64,000 nt of DNA from Streptosporangiaceae bacterium (lineage in GTDB: Bacteria; Actinomycetota; Actinomycetes; Streptosporangiales; Streptosporangiaceae): NCBI GenBank assembly GCA_025964695.1, contig JAOPYK010000149.1:15278-79277 (forward strand), given 5' to 3'. This document shows, one piece after another, positions 35,182-45,438 of this stretch. Both the position numbers and the translations under genes were made by a program. Within the stretch, counting starts at the first letter, position 1. Each line of letters opens with the position of its first letter. The notes under the pieces are model-generated. The model saw only the letters and a list, made by a program, of their open reading frames with translations, ran no database searches and was not told the DNA's origin.

Positions 35182-38100
35182 GTGCCAGTAGCCCCCTACC
35201 GTCTCGTGCGCCGCGGCAGTTACGCCAAGGCGCAGCCACCCCTGCTCGACGAACAGCAGCGGCGGGTGGTCGAGCACGAGAAGGGGCCAATGCTGGTGCT
35301 CGCCGGTCCCGGTACCGGCAAGACCACCACGATCGTCGAGGCGGTCGTGGACCGGATCGAGAACCGGGGGATGGATCCCGAGAAGATCCTGGTCCTCACC
35401 TTCAGCCGCAAGGCCGCCGTCGAGCTCAGGGAGCGCATCACCGGCAGACTCCATCGGACCACGCGAACGCCTCTCGCGCTCACCTTTCACAGCTATGCCT
35501 ACGCGCTGCTGCGGAGAGACGCCGTGCTCGCCGACGACCTTCCGCCACGGCTGCTGTCCGGACCCGAGCAGCTTCTCGAGGTGCGCAGGCTGCTCGAGGG
35601 TGAGCGAGAGGACGGCGCCCGTGGCTGGCCCGGCAACCTGCACGAGACCCTGGGCACCAGGGGCTTCGCGGACGAGCTCAGGGACTTCTGTCTCAGGGCC
35701 GCCGAGCGCGGCTACGGTCCGGACGACCTGCGCGACCTGGCCAGACTGCACGGACGACCGGACTGGGCCGCGATCGGCCACTTCATGGACCGCTACGCCG
35801 AGCGCTTCGACCTCGACCCGGTGCCCTCGTTCGACTATGCCGAGCTGATCAGGGCGGCGGCCGGTCTGCTGTCGGAGGAGGAGGTGCGGCTCCGCGAGCG
35901 CGAGTCGTACGACATCGTCTTCGTCGACGAATACCAGGACACGGACCCGGCCCAGGAATATCTGCTGCAACAGCTCGCGGGGGAGGGCCGGGACCTGATC
36001 GCGGTCGGTGACCCGGACCAGTCGATCTATGGGTTCCGGGGAGCCGATGTCCGGGGCATTCTCGAATTCCGGCGCCGGTTTCCGACGATCGACGGCGATC
36101 CGGCGCCGGTCGTCGCCCTGCAGACCTGCCGAAGAATGGGCCCGACGATCCTGGAGGCCTCCCGGCGGATCGCCAGGAGGCTCCCGGGGATGGTGGCGCA
36201 CCGCGACCTACGGTCGCCGGACGCCGCCGAGGAGGGCGAGGTCCACGTCATCATCGCGGACAGCCCCAGCCAGGAGTCGGCGCTGGTCGCCGACGAGCTG
36301 CGCCGCGCCCACCTGCTCGACGGCGTGCCGTGGTCCAAGATGGCCGTGCTGGTGAGAAGTGCCGTACGGCAGGTGCCGGTGCTTCGCCGGGCGCTGAGCC
36401 AGGCCGGAGTGCCCGTGGTCGTGGCCGGCGACGAGGTCCCGCTCCAGCAGGAACCCGCCGTACGGCCGTTGCTGCTCCTGCTGCGCTGCGCGCTCAAGAA
36501 GGGCCATCTCAACGAGGAGACCGCCGAGGAGCTGCTCGCCGGTCCGCTCGGCGGCGCCGACGCGCTCGCCCTCCGGCGCCTCAAGAGGGCGCTCAGGGAT
36601 CTGGACACGCTGGTCCCCCGCGAGAACGGCGCCGAACAGCGCACGCCGAATCAACTGCTCGTCGCCGCGCTGAACGACGCGCGCGAGCTGCTCCTGGTGC
36701 ATCCGAGGGTCAGGGAGCCCGCCGAACGGGTCGCGCACCTGATCGAGACGGCACGGGAGAGCGCGCGGCAGGGCGGTACGGCCGAGGACGTGCTCTGGGC
36801 CGTCTGGCAGGAGAGCGGGCAGGCCGACCTGCTGGTGGAACAGATAGGCAAGGGCGGGCGGGGCGCGGCCGCGGACCGGGACCTCGACGCCGTCGTCGCA
36901 CTGTTCGATCACGCCGCGAGGTTCGTCGACCGGTTGCCCCAGGCGGGGCCCGAGCTGTTCGTCGACGACCTGGCCGCGCAGGAGATCGCCGGCGATTCGC
37001 TGGCCGAGCGGGCACCCGATGGCGATGCCGTACGGATCCTGACCGCGCATCGGTCCAAGGGCCTGGAATGGGACGTCGTGATCGTCGCCGGCGTCCAGGA
37101 GGGCGTCTGGCCGGACCTGCGGATGCGCGGTTCCCTGCTCGGTATCGAGGACCTCGTCGAGCTGGCCGGCGGTGGGGATCCACTGACCGGCGAGGTCTTC
37201 GGCGCGTCGGTGAGCGCCAAGCTGCTGGACGAGGAACGACGGTTGTTCTACGTCGCCGCCACCCGGGCCCGCAAGCGGCTCATCGCCACCGCCGTCGGCG
37301 GCGCGGACAGCGAGGACCGTCCGTCGCGGTTCCTCAACGAACTGCTGCCCGGCGCGTTCGAGCAGTCCACCCTGGACGAGAAGACCCGCTGGCTGTCGCT
37401 GTCCGCGCTCGTCGCAGACCTGCGTTCGGTGGTCGCCGACCCGGTGCGGCCGATGCCGATGCGCCGCGCCGCCGCCGACCACTTGGCAAGGCTCGCGCGC
37501 GCGGGTGTACGCGGCGCCAAGCCGTCCGCCTGGTACGCCATCACCTCGCTGTCCGATGAGGGCCCGGCGTTCGGCGAGGACGAACAGATCACCATCTCGC
37601 CGTCACAGGTGGAGACGTTCGAGAAGTGCGGTCTGCGGTGGCTGCTGTCCATGGCGGTCGGCGCCCAGGACGCCGGGAACAACGAGTACAGCCAGATGGG
37701 CAAGGTCATCCACGCGGTGGCCGAGCTCGCCGGCGAGGATCAGGTGGTCACCGAGGTCGACGTGGCCAAGCGGCTGGACGAGATCTGGGACGAACTGGAC
37801 TTCCGGAGCGCCTGGTACGCCAAGAAGCAGCGCCAGACGGCCGAGAAGATGGTGGACCGGTTCCTGGCCTGGCACCGGGAGAACCCCCGCGAGATCATGG
37901 CCATCGAGGAGTCCTTCAAGGTCGATCTGGGCCGGGTCGTCATCAAGGGCCGCATCGACCGGGCGGAGCGCGACAGCGACGGCCGCGCCGTGATCATCGA
38001 TATCAAGACCACGGGCACGGCGGTGCCGGACAAGGACCTGCCACGCCATCCCCAGCTCGGCGTCTATCAGTACGCCGTGATGCTCGGCGCCTTCCAGCGG

Positions 38101-38355
38101 CACGGGCTGATCGAGCCCGGCGGCGCGGAGCTGGTCCAGGTCGGCAACGGGTTCCGCATCAAGACCAAGGGAGTGCAGCGCCAGGACGAGCCCGCGGCCG
38201 ACGAGGATCCGGAGTGGACGAAGAAGCTCGTCGACCGGGTGGCCGAGGGCATGGGCAACCCCATCTTCGAGGCGAGGGCCAACGACGGCTGCCGGACCTG
38301 CCCGGTGAGGTCCTGCTGTCCGATCCACGACGAGGGCGGCCAGGTCGGGGAATGA
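35182..38355 (+). CDS. adnA: ATP-dependent helicase-nuclease subunit A (Rv3202c-like)
   Basis: LAGPGTGKT, VDEYQD, GDPDQSIYGFRGA, SKGLEW, YVAATRA; C-terminal GRID..IIDIK..QLGVY nuclease with EKC and CRTCPVRSCC. Confidence 0.92.
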   Translation: MPVAPYRLVRRGSYAKAQPPLLDEQQRRVVEHEKGPMLVLAGPGTGKTTTIVEAVVDRIENRGMDPEKILVLTFSRKAAVELRERITGRLHRTTRTPLALTFHSYAYALLRRDAVLADDLPPRLLSGPEQLLEVRRLLEGEREDGARGWPGNLHETLGTRGFADELRDFCLRAAERGYGPDDLRDLARLHGRPDWAAIGHFMDRYAERFDLDPVPSFDYAELIRAAAGLLSEEEVRLRERESYDIVFVDEYQDTDPAQEYLLQQLAGEGRDLIAVGDPDQSIYGFRGADVRGILEFRRRFPTIDGDPAPVVALQTCRRMGPTILEASRRIARRLPGMVAHRDLRSPDAAEEGEVHVIIADSPSQESALVADELRRAHLLDGVPWSKMAVLVRSAVRQVPVLRRALSQAGVPVVVAGDEVPLQQEPAVRPLLLLLRCALKKGHLNEETAEELLAGPLGGADALALRRLKRALRDLDTLVPRENGAEQRTPNQLLVAALNDARELLLVHPRVREPAERVAHLIETARESARQGGTAEDVLWAVWQESGQADLLVEQIGKGGRGAAADRDLDAVVALFDHAARFVDRLPQAGPELFVDDLAAQEIAGDSLAERAPDGDAVRILTAHRSKGLEWDVVIVAGVQEGVWPDLRMRGSLLGIEDLVELAGGGDPLTGEVFGASVSAKLLDEERRLFYVAATRARKRLIATAVGGADSEDRPSRFLNELLPGAFEQSTLDEKTRWLSLSALVADLRSVVADPVRPMPMRRAAADHLARLARAGVRGAKPSAWYAITSLSDEGPAFGEDEQITISPSQVETFEKCGLRWLLSMAVGAQDAGNNEYSQMGKVIHAVAELAGEDQVVTEVDVAKRLDEIWDELDFRSAWYAKKQRQTAEKMVDRFLAWHRENPREIMAIEESFKVDLGRVVIKGRIDRAERDSDGRAVIIDIKTTGTAVPDKDLPRHPQLGVYQYAVMLGAFQRHGLIEPGGAELVQVGNGFRIKTKGVQRQDEPAADEDPEWTKKLVDRVAEGMGNPIFEARANDGCRTCPVRSCCPIHDEGGQVGE

Positions 38356-38547
38356 CGCCTGCTGCGGGACCGGTCCGCCCCGGTCCCCGTCTGCCCGGAC
38401 CGGTCCGCCCCCGCCCCGGCCCCCGTCCGCACGTGATCACGTGATCGTAGGGCGGTTGCGTGATCGCGGAGCGGCGGGGGTGCGGGGCGAGCGGGGGTGC
38501 GGGGTATAGGCGGACGGCCAGTGGCTCACCTCCAGGTATCACTCACG

Positions 38548-38587
38548 GTGTATCCGGTGGAGGATCCGTGTATCCGGTGGAGGATCC
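38548..38587. repeat. Perfect 20-bp tandem duplication in the adnA-adnB spacer
   Basis: gtgtatccggtggaggatcc x2. Confidence 0.85.
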
Positions 38588-38740
38588 GTCTGCAACTTGC
38601 TGGCACGAACGTTCTCCGTTTCCGCAAATACGTCAATATTCCTTGCGAAATTCCGCAACCCGGTATCGATGCGTGCTCGGTGAACGGGCGTCTGGCCAGG
38701 GCGCAGGGGAAGTACGCTCGTATCTCCGAGCTAGAAGGCG

Positions 38741-41700
38741 GTGGAGATGGCCCTGGTCAGCCCCGGTGAGCTGGCGCGGTTGCTGGAGATACCGGAGCCG
38801 ACCGCCGAGCAGGCGCGGGTCACCGAGGCACCGCTGGCGCCGATGGCCGTGGTCGCCGGTGCCGGTTCGGGCAAGAGCGAGACCATGGCCGCGCGGGTGG
38901 TGTGGCTGGTCGCCAACGGCTTCGTCCGGCCGGAGCGGGTGCTGGGGCTGACGTTCACCCGGAAGGCCGCCGCCGAGCTGGGTGTACGGGTCCGCAGGCG
39001 GCTGGATCAGCTTCGGGACAAACTGCCCGAGGACGAGCTGGAACGGCTGGGCGGCTCCTCGGTGTTCGACGGTGAGCCCACCGTGTCGACCTACCACTCG
39101 TACGCCGCCCGGCTCTTCGGCGACCACGCGTTGAGGGAGGCGCTGGAACCGACGATGCGGCTCATCAGCCCGGCGGTCTCCTGGCAGATCGCCTCCCGGG
39201 TGGTGGATTCCTACGACGGGCCGATGGACAAGGTCGAGTGGACCCCGGACTCGGTCACCAAGGCGATGATGGATCTGGCCGGGGATCTCTCCGAGCACCT
39301 GCGGACACCGGACGACGTACGCCGTGTGGGTGCGTGGCTGTCCGAGCGCTTCGCGGGACTGCCCAAGCCACTGAAGGCCCAGCGGGACATCCTGGCCGGG
39401 CAAGGAGTACGCGAGCAGCTGCTGCCGCTGGTGGAGGCCTACCGGCGGGCCAAGGTACGGCGCGAGGTCGTCGACCATGGAGATCAGATGGCGTTGGCCG
39501 CCCGGATCGCGGCCAACCATCCCGAGGTCGGGATGATCGAGCGCTCGCGTTACGCCGTCGTACTCCTCGATGAGTACCAGGACACCAGCCAGGCGCAGCT
39601 CGTCCTGCTCACGTCGCTGTTCGGCGGCGGCCACCCGGTGACCGCGGTGGGCGACCCCTGCCAGTCGATCTACGGGTGGCGGGGGGCCAGCGCCGGAAAC
39701 CTGCTGCGCTTCCCGCAGGACTTCCCGATCCGGGAGCAGACTCCCGCGCGGATGGCGGAGCTGGCCATGAGCTTCCGCAACGGTGAGCACATCCTCGAGG
39801 CGGCGGCCCGGGTGCAGCTGGAACTGCGCGCCGACATGAAATCCGTACCGCCGCTCGGGCCGGGGGAGAACCGGCGGGGGCGCGGGCGGGTCGAGTGCGG
39901 GCTCTTCGAGACCGTCGAGCAGGAGGCCGAACGCATCGCCACCCGGATCGGCCATCTGCTCGCCGCCCCGCCTGGGATCGCGCCGGACGGTGGACCCGCC
40001 GAGCAGTGGAGCTCCGGCGAGGAGGCCGAGCTGCAGTGTTCGGACATAGCGGTGCTGGCTCGCAAACGGTCCCAGTTCCCGTTGATCCGCCGGGCCCTGG
40101 AGGCGCGCGGCATCCCGGTGGAAGTGGTCGGGCTGGGCGGATTGCTGACCGTACCCGAGGTACAGGACGTTGTGGCCACCCTGCGGGTCGTGCACGATCC
40201 GACGGCCGGTGCGGCGTTGGCGCGGCTGCTCACCGGACCTCGCTGGCGGATGGGGCCAAGGGACCTGGTGGTGCTCGGCCGCCGTGCCCGCGAGCTGGCC
40301 CGCGAGTCCTCCCGTGACGTGATGGTTCACGAGGCCCCCACCGGGCGGGACCGTACGGTCGATCACTCCGGCGACCATCCGGGAGGGCTCCGGCAGGACG
40401 CGAAGGCCACGGCGGAAGGGGCGCGTGGTATCGCGGAGGTCGATCCGCTGCGGGCGATGGTGAACGAGCTGTCCCAGGAGACGGGCAGCCTGGTGGACGC
40501 GCTCGACGATCTGGGCTCGCCGGACGCCTACTCGCCGGAGGGGTTCGGGCGGCTCGCCCGGCTCCGCGACGAGCTGCGCAACCTTCGCAGGCAGGTCGGG
40601 CTGCCGTTGCCCGACCTGGTCACCGAGGTGGAACGGACACTCGGCCTGGACATCGAGGTGGCGGCCCGGACCGGGCTCGATCCCGTGACCGCCCGCGCCG
40701 ACCTCGACGCGTTCGTCGACGCCGCCGCCCGGTTCGCCGGCGACGCCGAGGACCCCACGCTGGGGGCGTTCCTGGCCTACCTCAAGGCCGCCGAGGCCGA
40801 GGAGTTCGGGCTGGAGGCCGGCCGGGTCGGCGAGACCAACAGCGTCAAGCTGCTGACCGTGCACGCCTCCAAGGGCCTGGAATGGCAGGTCGTCGTGGTG
40901 CCGGGGCTGGCGTACGCCCCGCTGAAGAACGGCTCCCCGGGCAAGGGGTCGATCTTCCCGTCACCGCCGCAGAGATCTTCCAAGTGGACCACCAACCCGC
41001 GGATGCTGCCGTTCCCGTTGCGCGGGGACGCGGGTGACCTGCCACGGCTGGGCGGGCTCGACAAGGACCAGCTGGCCGCCTTCGACGAGGCTTGCGCGGA
41101 GCGGGACCTGCGGGAGGAGCGGCGGCTGGCCTATGTCGCGGTGACCCGGGCGCGCTCGCTGCTCATCGCGACCGGCTACCGATGGGGATCGGCCACCCGG
41201 GCGCTCGAACCGTCCCCGTTCCTAGAGGAGATCAGGGAGGTCTGCCTGGCCGGAGCGGGGCCGGTCGCGGCCTGGGCCGACCCACCCGAGGACGGGGCGG
41301 CCAACCCGCTGCTCGCCGAACCCGAGCAACGCTCCTGGCCGGCGAGCCCGGACGGCGAACGTTATGCGGCGATCAACGAGGGCGCCCGAATGGTCGAGGC
41401 CGCCATGACCGGCCGTACCCGCGGCTGGGCGGGTGACGAGGGGCTGACCGAGGCGGACCGGGGCCGGATGTCGGCCTGGGCGCGCGACGTGGAACTGCTG
41501 CTGGCCGAGCGGGACCGCGGCCGTTCCGGCGACGGCCTGCAGGTGGAACTCCCCGGCAACCTGTCGGTCTCGTCGCTGGTGTCACTGGCCCGCGATCCGG
41601 AGGCGCTGGCCCGGCAGATCCGCCGTCCGATGCCCCGGCCGCCCGCTCCGTACGCCCGGCGCGGCACCGCCTTCCACCGCTGGCTGGAGTCACGGTGGGG

Positions 41701-42142
41701 CCAGCAACGGCTGCTCGACCCCGACGACCTTCCCGGCGCCGCCGACGAGGGCGCGGCCGACGACGTGTTCCTGGCGTCGTTGCAGCAGAAGTTCGAGGCC
41801 TCGGAATGGGCCTCGCGGGAGCCTCTCGACGTCGAGGTCCCGTTCGAGATGGTGATCGGTGATCGCCTGGTCAGAGGCCGGATGGACGCGGTCTTCCGGA
41901 CCGCCGGTGGTCACGAGGTCGTGGACTGGAAGACCGGTGCGCCACCGTCGGGCGCCGAGGCGGAGTTCGTCGCGGTGCAGCTGGCGGCCTATCGGCTGGC
42001 GTGGGCGGCCCTCCAGGAGGTCCCGCTGGAGACGGTCAGCGCCGCCTTCCACTATGTGTCCGCCGGCGTCACCATCCGCCCCGCAGACCTGCTCGACGCC
42101 GACGGTCTCGCCGCCCTCCTCGATCAGGTCCCGTCCGTCTGA
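38741..42142 (+). CDS. adnB: ATP-dependent helicase-nuclease subunit B (Rv3201c-like)
   Basis: AGAGSGKS, LDEYQD, GDPCQSIYGWRGA, HASKGLEW, YVAVTRA; GRMDAVF..VDWKTG..QLAAY. Confidence 0.92.
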   Translation: MEMALVSPGELARLLEIPEPTAEQARVTEAPLAPMAVVAGAGSGKSETMAARVVWLVANGFVRPERVLGLTFTRKAAAELGVRVRRRLDQLRDKLPEDELERLGGSSVFDGEPTVSTYHSYAARLFGDHALREALEPTMRLISPAVSWQIASRVVDSYDGPMDKVEWTPDSVTKAMMDLAGDLSEHLRTPDDVRRVGAWLSERFAGLPKPLKAQRDILAGQGVREQLLPLVEAYRRAKVRREVVDHGDQMALAARIAANHPEVGMIERSRYAVVLLDEYQDTSQAQLVLLTSLFGGGHPVTAVGDPCQSIYGWRGASAGNLLRFPQDFPIREQTPARMAELAMSFRNGEHILEAAARVQLELRADMKSVPPLGPGENRRGRGRVECGLFETVEQEAERIATRIGHLLAAPPGIAPDGGPAEQWSSGEEAELQCSDIAVLARKRSQFPLIRRALEARGIPVEVVGLGGLLTVPEVQDVVATLRVVHDPTAGAALARLLTGPRWRMGPRDLVVLGRRARELARESSRDVMVHEAPTGRDRTVDHSGDHPGGLRQDAKATAEGARGIAEVDPLRAMVNELSQETGSLVDALDDLGSPDAYSPEGFGRLARLRDELRNLRRQVGLPLPDLVTEVERTLGLDIEVAARTGLDPVTARADLDAFVDAAARFAGDAEDPTLGAFLAYLKAAEAEEFGLEAGRVGETNSVKLLTVHASKGLEWQVVVVPGLAYAPLKNGSPGKGSIFPSPPQRSSKWTTNPRMLPFPLRGDAGDLPRLGGLDKDQLAAFDEACAERDLREERRLAYVAVTRARSLLIATGYRWGSATRALEPSPFLEEIREVCLAGAGPVAAWADPPEDGAANPLLAEPEQRSWPASPDGERYAAINEGARMVEAAMTGRTRGWAGDEGLTEADRGRMSAWARDVELLLAERDRGRSGDGLQVELPGNLSVSSLVSLARDPEALARQIRRPMPRPPAPYARRGTAFHRWLESRWGQQRLLDPDDLPGAADEGAADDVFLASLQQKFEASEWASREPLDVEVPFEMVIGDRLVRGRMDAVFRTAGGHEVVDWKTGAPPSGAEAEFVAVQLAAYRLAWAALQEVPLETVSAAFHYVSAGVTIRPADLLDADGLAALLDQVPSV

Positions 42143-42190
42143 TCCGGACCGTCTGATCCGGACCGTCTGATCCGGACCGTCTGATCCGGG
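42135..42190. repeat. 14-bp tandem x4 spanning the adnB stop
   Basis: ccgtctgatccgga repeated four times, the last with one mismatch. Confidence 0.9.
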
Positions 42191-42325
42191 CCGCCTCGGC
42201 CGGCACCTCCCGGACGACATGACCGGGCCGGCCCGGCCGACCCGGACAGTGTCATCTGGCTCACTGTTCCTGGTCTATGCGCGTCGTTACGGAGATGATC
42301 CTGGGAACGACGCAGGGAGGTCGGT

Positions 42326-43054
42326 GTGACGGTGATGCACCAGGACAAGGTCGCTTGGGAGGTCACGGAGGCGCTCGGCCGCCTGATGGACTTCGCCGAA
42401 CCGGAGCTCGACCAGGAGGACATCGTCCTGGAGGTCGCCTGCTGGACCGGCCTGGTGGCCAGGGCGATCGGCCGGCGAGTCCGGCATGTGACCGCGATCG
42501 ACGCGTCGACCGCCATGCTGGAAGAGGGAAAACGGCGGGCCGACCGCGACGGGATCACCAATGTCACCTTCGCCAGGGGTGATGCCTCCGACCTGCCGTA
42601 CCTCGCTCGCTCCTTCAGCCTCGTGGTGACACGGTTCTCGTTGCACCACTTCGGGGATCCGCTGGGAGCGTTGCGGGAGATGGTCCGCGTGAGCCGGCCG
42701 GGTGCCGGCCTTATTCTGGTGGATATCGTCCGCCCAGAGGGGCCCGGTGATCCGGATGAGATCGAGCGGCTGCGTGATCCCTCGCATGCCGCGCTGCTGA
42801 CCGCAGACCAGATCGGCGAGCTGCTCGCCGAGGCGGGGGCCGAGGAGAAGCGGCGGGAGTCGTTCGAGGTCGTACGTCCCGTCGGCCAGTGGCTGGAGCA
42901 GTCGCGGACACCACCGGACGCGGCCGAACGGATCCGGGCCGAGCTCACGGCCGAGCTGGCGGGCGGCCCGCCCACCGGGCTGCGCCCGGAACTTGTCGGC
43001 GGGGAGCTCTCCTTCACCCACTCCCATGTGTTCCTGGCGGCCACCGCCTCCTGA
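42326..43054 (+). CDS. Class I SAM-dependent methyltransferase
   Basis: VLEVACWTG, AIDAS..ML, GDASDLPY...FSLV..RFSLHH, LREMVRV.RPG. Confidence 0.85.
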   Translation: MTVMHQDKVAWEVTEALGRLMDFAEPELDQEDIVLEVACWTGLVARAIGRRVRHVTAIDASTAMLEEGKRRADRDGITNVTFARGDASDLPYLARSFSLVVTRFSLHHFGDPLGALREMVRVSRPGAGLILVDIVRPEGPGDPDEIERLRDPSHAALLTADQIGELLAEAGAEEKRRESFEVVRPVGQWLEQSRTPPDAAERIRAELTAELAGGPPTGLRPELVGGELSFTHSHVFLAATAS

Positions 43055-43063
43055 CCAGGCTTT

Positions 43064-43079
43064 TCGAGCAAACGTTCGA
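43064..43079. promoter_or_regulatory. LexA (SOS) box 1
   Basis: TCGAGC-AAAC-GTTCGA, 1 mismatch to actinobacterial TCGAAC-N4-GTTCGA. Confidence 0.7.
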
Positions 43080-43105
43080 CACGTCGCGGTGATGGACGCT
43101 AGGCT

Positions 43106-43121
43106 TCGAACATGGGTTCTA
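43106..43121. promoter_or_regulatory. LexA (SOS) box 2 covering the start codon
   Basis: TCGAAC-ATGG-GTTCTA, 1 mismatch; TAGGCT -10 hexamer at 43100-43105, ATG at 43112. Confidence 0.7.
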
Positions 43122-43444
43122 TGATCGGTGTACGGCCCTCGCCCGGTCAGGCCGCTGACCGGCAGGAGGCCTCTCCCTCGGTTCTGGCGATGCGGATCGG
43201 GGTCGTCGCGGCCGAGGCCGCGTTCGCCACGTTCGCCCGCAATATCGACATCGAGGAGGCCGCGGAGGGCGGGTTCGACGTGGAGGGCTACATCGGCCCC
43301 GCCGAGTGGCCGGTGTTCTCGCTCGTGCTCGACACGCTCAGTGCCGCGGAGCCGGGTGACACGCGCAGCCTCGACGAACGCAGGGCCGACGCGCTGCGCG
43401 ACCTCGCGCGCATCTGCCTGGCGGTCAAGGACTCCGGGACGTGA
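43112..43444 (+). CDS. Small DUF222-like protein without HNH domain
   Basis: VEGYIGP...LDTLSAAEPGDTRSLDERRADALRDLAR resembles the DUF222 core motif R(S/T)xxQRRADAL. Confidence 0.6.
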   Translation: MGSMIGVRPSPGQAADRQEASPSVLAMRIGVVAAEAAFATFARNIDIEEAAEGGFDVEGYIGPAEWPVFSLVLDTLSAAEPGDTRSLDERRADALRDLARICLAVKDSGT

Positions 43445-43544
43445 CCTCACCGTCTCCCTGACGGCGGACCGCGTGGTGGTGGCTGGCACCGTCCTTCGCC
43501 CGGTCACGGGAGTGAACCGGTTCCGGAAGGAAAGAGCCGCCGCT

Positions 43545-45233
43545 TCAGCCGCGCAGGGCGCGATGCTTGATCTTGCCGGTGGTGGTACGGGGAAGCTCGT
43601 CCACGAAGAAGAACTCACGTGGCACCTTGTAACGCGCCAGGTGCCGGCGGACGTAGTCCTTGAGTTCGTCCTCGGTGACCTCGCCGTCTCCTGGGCCGTC
43701 TCCTGGGCCGTCTCCCGGGCCGTCTCCGGAGCCGCCGCCGGACCGGACGACATGGGCGACCAGGCGCTGGCCGAACTTCTCGTCGTCCACACCGACCACC
43801 GCGACCTCGGCGACGCCGTCGTGTCCTTCCAGCAGGTCCTCGACCTCACTGGGGAAGACGTTCTCGCCACCCGAAACGATCATGTCGTCGGCGCGGCCGT
43901 CGATGAACAGCCGTCCCTCCTCGTCGAGATGCCCGAGGTCACCGGTGCTGGTGAGCCCGTCGCGGACCTCCTTGCCGCCGCCCCCGGTGTAGCCGGCGAA
44001 CTTAAGTCCGCCGCCGACGAAGATCTCACCCGTCTCCCCGGCGGCCGCCTCACCCCCGCCCGGCTTCAGTATGCGCAGTGTGAGACAAAGGGACGGTCGG
44101 CCGACCGTGCCCGGGGCGGCCCGTAGATCTCCGGGGGTAGAGATGGTGGCCCACCCGGTCTCGGTCGCGCCGTACACGTTGTGCAGCACGTCGCCGAACG
44201 CGTCCATGAAGGCCAGGGACAACTCGGTGTGCAGTGCCGCTCCGCCGCAGACCACCACCCGCAGCGAGGGCGTGCCGGGCCGGGCGGACGGCGGCACTTC
44301 GAGGATCCGGCGCAGCATTACCGGGACCACGACCAGCGCGCCCGCCCGGTGCCGGGCGATGGCGTCCAGTGCCTGCTTCGCCTCGAACTTCCGGCGCAGG
44401 ACCACCGGAAGACCCAGGGCTAGGCCGCTCATCAGATAGGCGAAACCGAGCACGTGGAACAGCGGCGGTCCGATGACGATCGGCTCCCCGGAACGGAGCG
44501 GCACCCGCACCAGATGGGTGAGCACCGCGGGGATGATGGCTCCGATCGACAGATCATGCTGGGCGCCCTTCGGCGTCCCGGTGGTCCCGGACGTCAGGAT
44601 GATCATGCGTGTGGTCCGCTCGGCCACCAGCGGTTCCGGCTCGGTGGCCGCTACCAGTTCGTCGATCGTGGGGTTGCGGGACGGGCCATCGTGCCAGGCG
44701 GTCACCATTGCGCCCGCGAAGGACGCGTCGTCGAGCAGCGCGTCGAACTCCTCGTCCAGCACGAGCGCACCGATGCTCTCCCGATCGAGGACGTCGCTCA
44801 GCTGCTTGGCCGAGAAGTCGGTGTTGAGGAGAACGACGTCGTGGCCGAGCCGTGAGGCGGCCAGCGCCGCCTCGATGAAACCTCGGTGGTTACGGCACAG
44901 GATGCCGATCCGCCGTCCTTCGGCGACGCGTGCGCGCAGTGCGGTCGCCAGAGCCGCCGCGCGGTGCTCGAGTTCGGCGAAGGTCAGCTCGCCGCGCTCG
45001 TCGATCACGGCGATGCGGTCGGGATGGCGCAGCGCCGCCACCGCGCCCGCTGTGGCCGGGGTCATCCCGAACCGGGCGACCGGGAAGAGCAGGCGTGCGG
45101 CCCGATCCGGCCGCATGGGCTGCAGCACCCTGGAGTTCCAGGCGCCTCGCACGACGTCCGCTCCGAACCCCGCATACCGCTGCGGCCGCTCCGTGATCGT
45201 CCGTCCCAGTCTGCGAACCTGGTCGACCAGCAC
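43545..45233 (-). CDS. AMP-binding acyl-CoA synthetase
   Basis: ILTSGTTGTPKG, YGATETG, TGDLG, GRADDMIVSGGENVFP, LPRTTTGK; SD agaggag before GTG 45233; (GDGP)n insert near the C-terminus. Confidence 0.88.
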   Translation of the reverse strand: MLVDQVRRLGRTITERPQRYAGFGADVVRGAWNSRVLQPMRPDRAARLLFPVARFGMTPATAGAVAALRHPDRIAVIDERGELTFAELEHRAAALATALRARVAEGRRIGILCRNHRGFIEAALAASRLGHDVVLLNTDFSAKQLSDVLDRESIGALVLDEEFDALLDDASFAGAMVTAWHDGPSRNPTIDELVAATEPEPLVAERTTRMIILTSGTTGTPKGAQHDLSIGAIIPAVLTHLVRVPLRSGEPIVIGPPLFHVLGFAYLMSGLALGLPVVLRRKFEAKQALDAIARHRAGALVVVPVMLRRILEVPPSARPGTPSLRVVVCGGAALHTELSLAFMDAFGDVLHNVYGATETGWATISTPGDLRAAPGTVGRPSLCLTLRILKPGGGEAAAGETGEIFVGGGLKFAGYTGGGGKEVRDGLTSTGDLGHLDEEGRLFIDGRADDMIVSGGENVFPSEVEDLLEGHDGVAEVAVVGVDDEKFGQRLVAHVVRSGGGSGDGPGDGPGDGPGDGEVTEDELKDYVRRHLARYKVPREFFFVDELPRTTTGKIKHRALRG

Positions 45234-45438
45234 TGAGGGTCTCCTCTTCCGGCCGGCCCGGCCATGCTCGGCCCGCCGGCCACTCCCGCCCGTGGCACGG
45301 CGGCTGCCATACCCGCCGACCTCTGGAATGGTGCCTGCATACCCGGAATTCATCCTGACATGTTCCGCGAAACGGCGTCAGAAGACCTGCCTCGGTGATC
45401 ATGAACCTCGTCGGCTGACCGCGTGATCACCGGATCGT

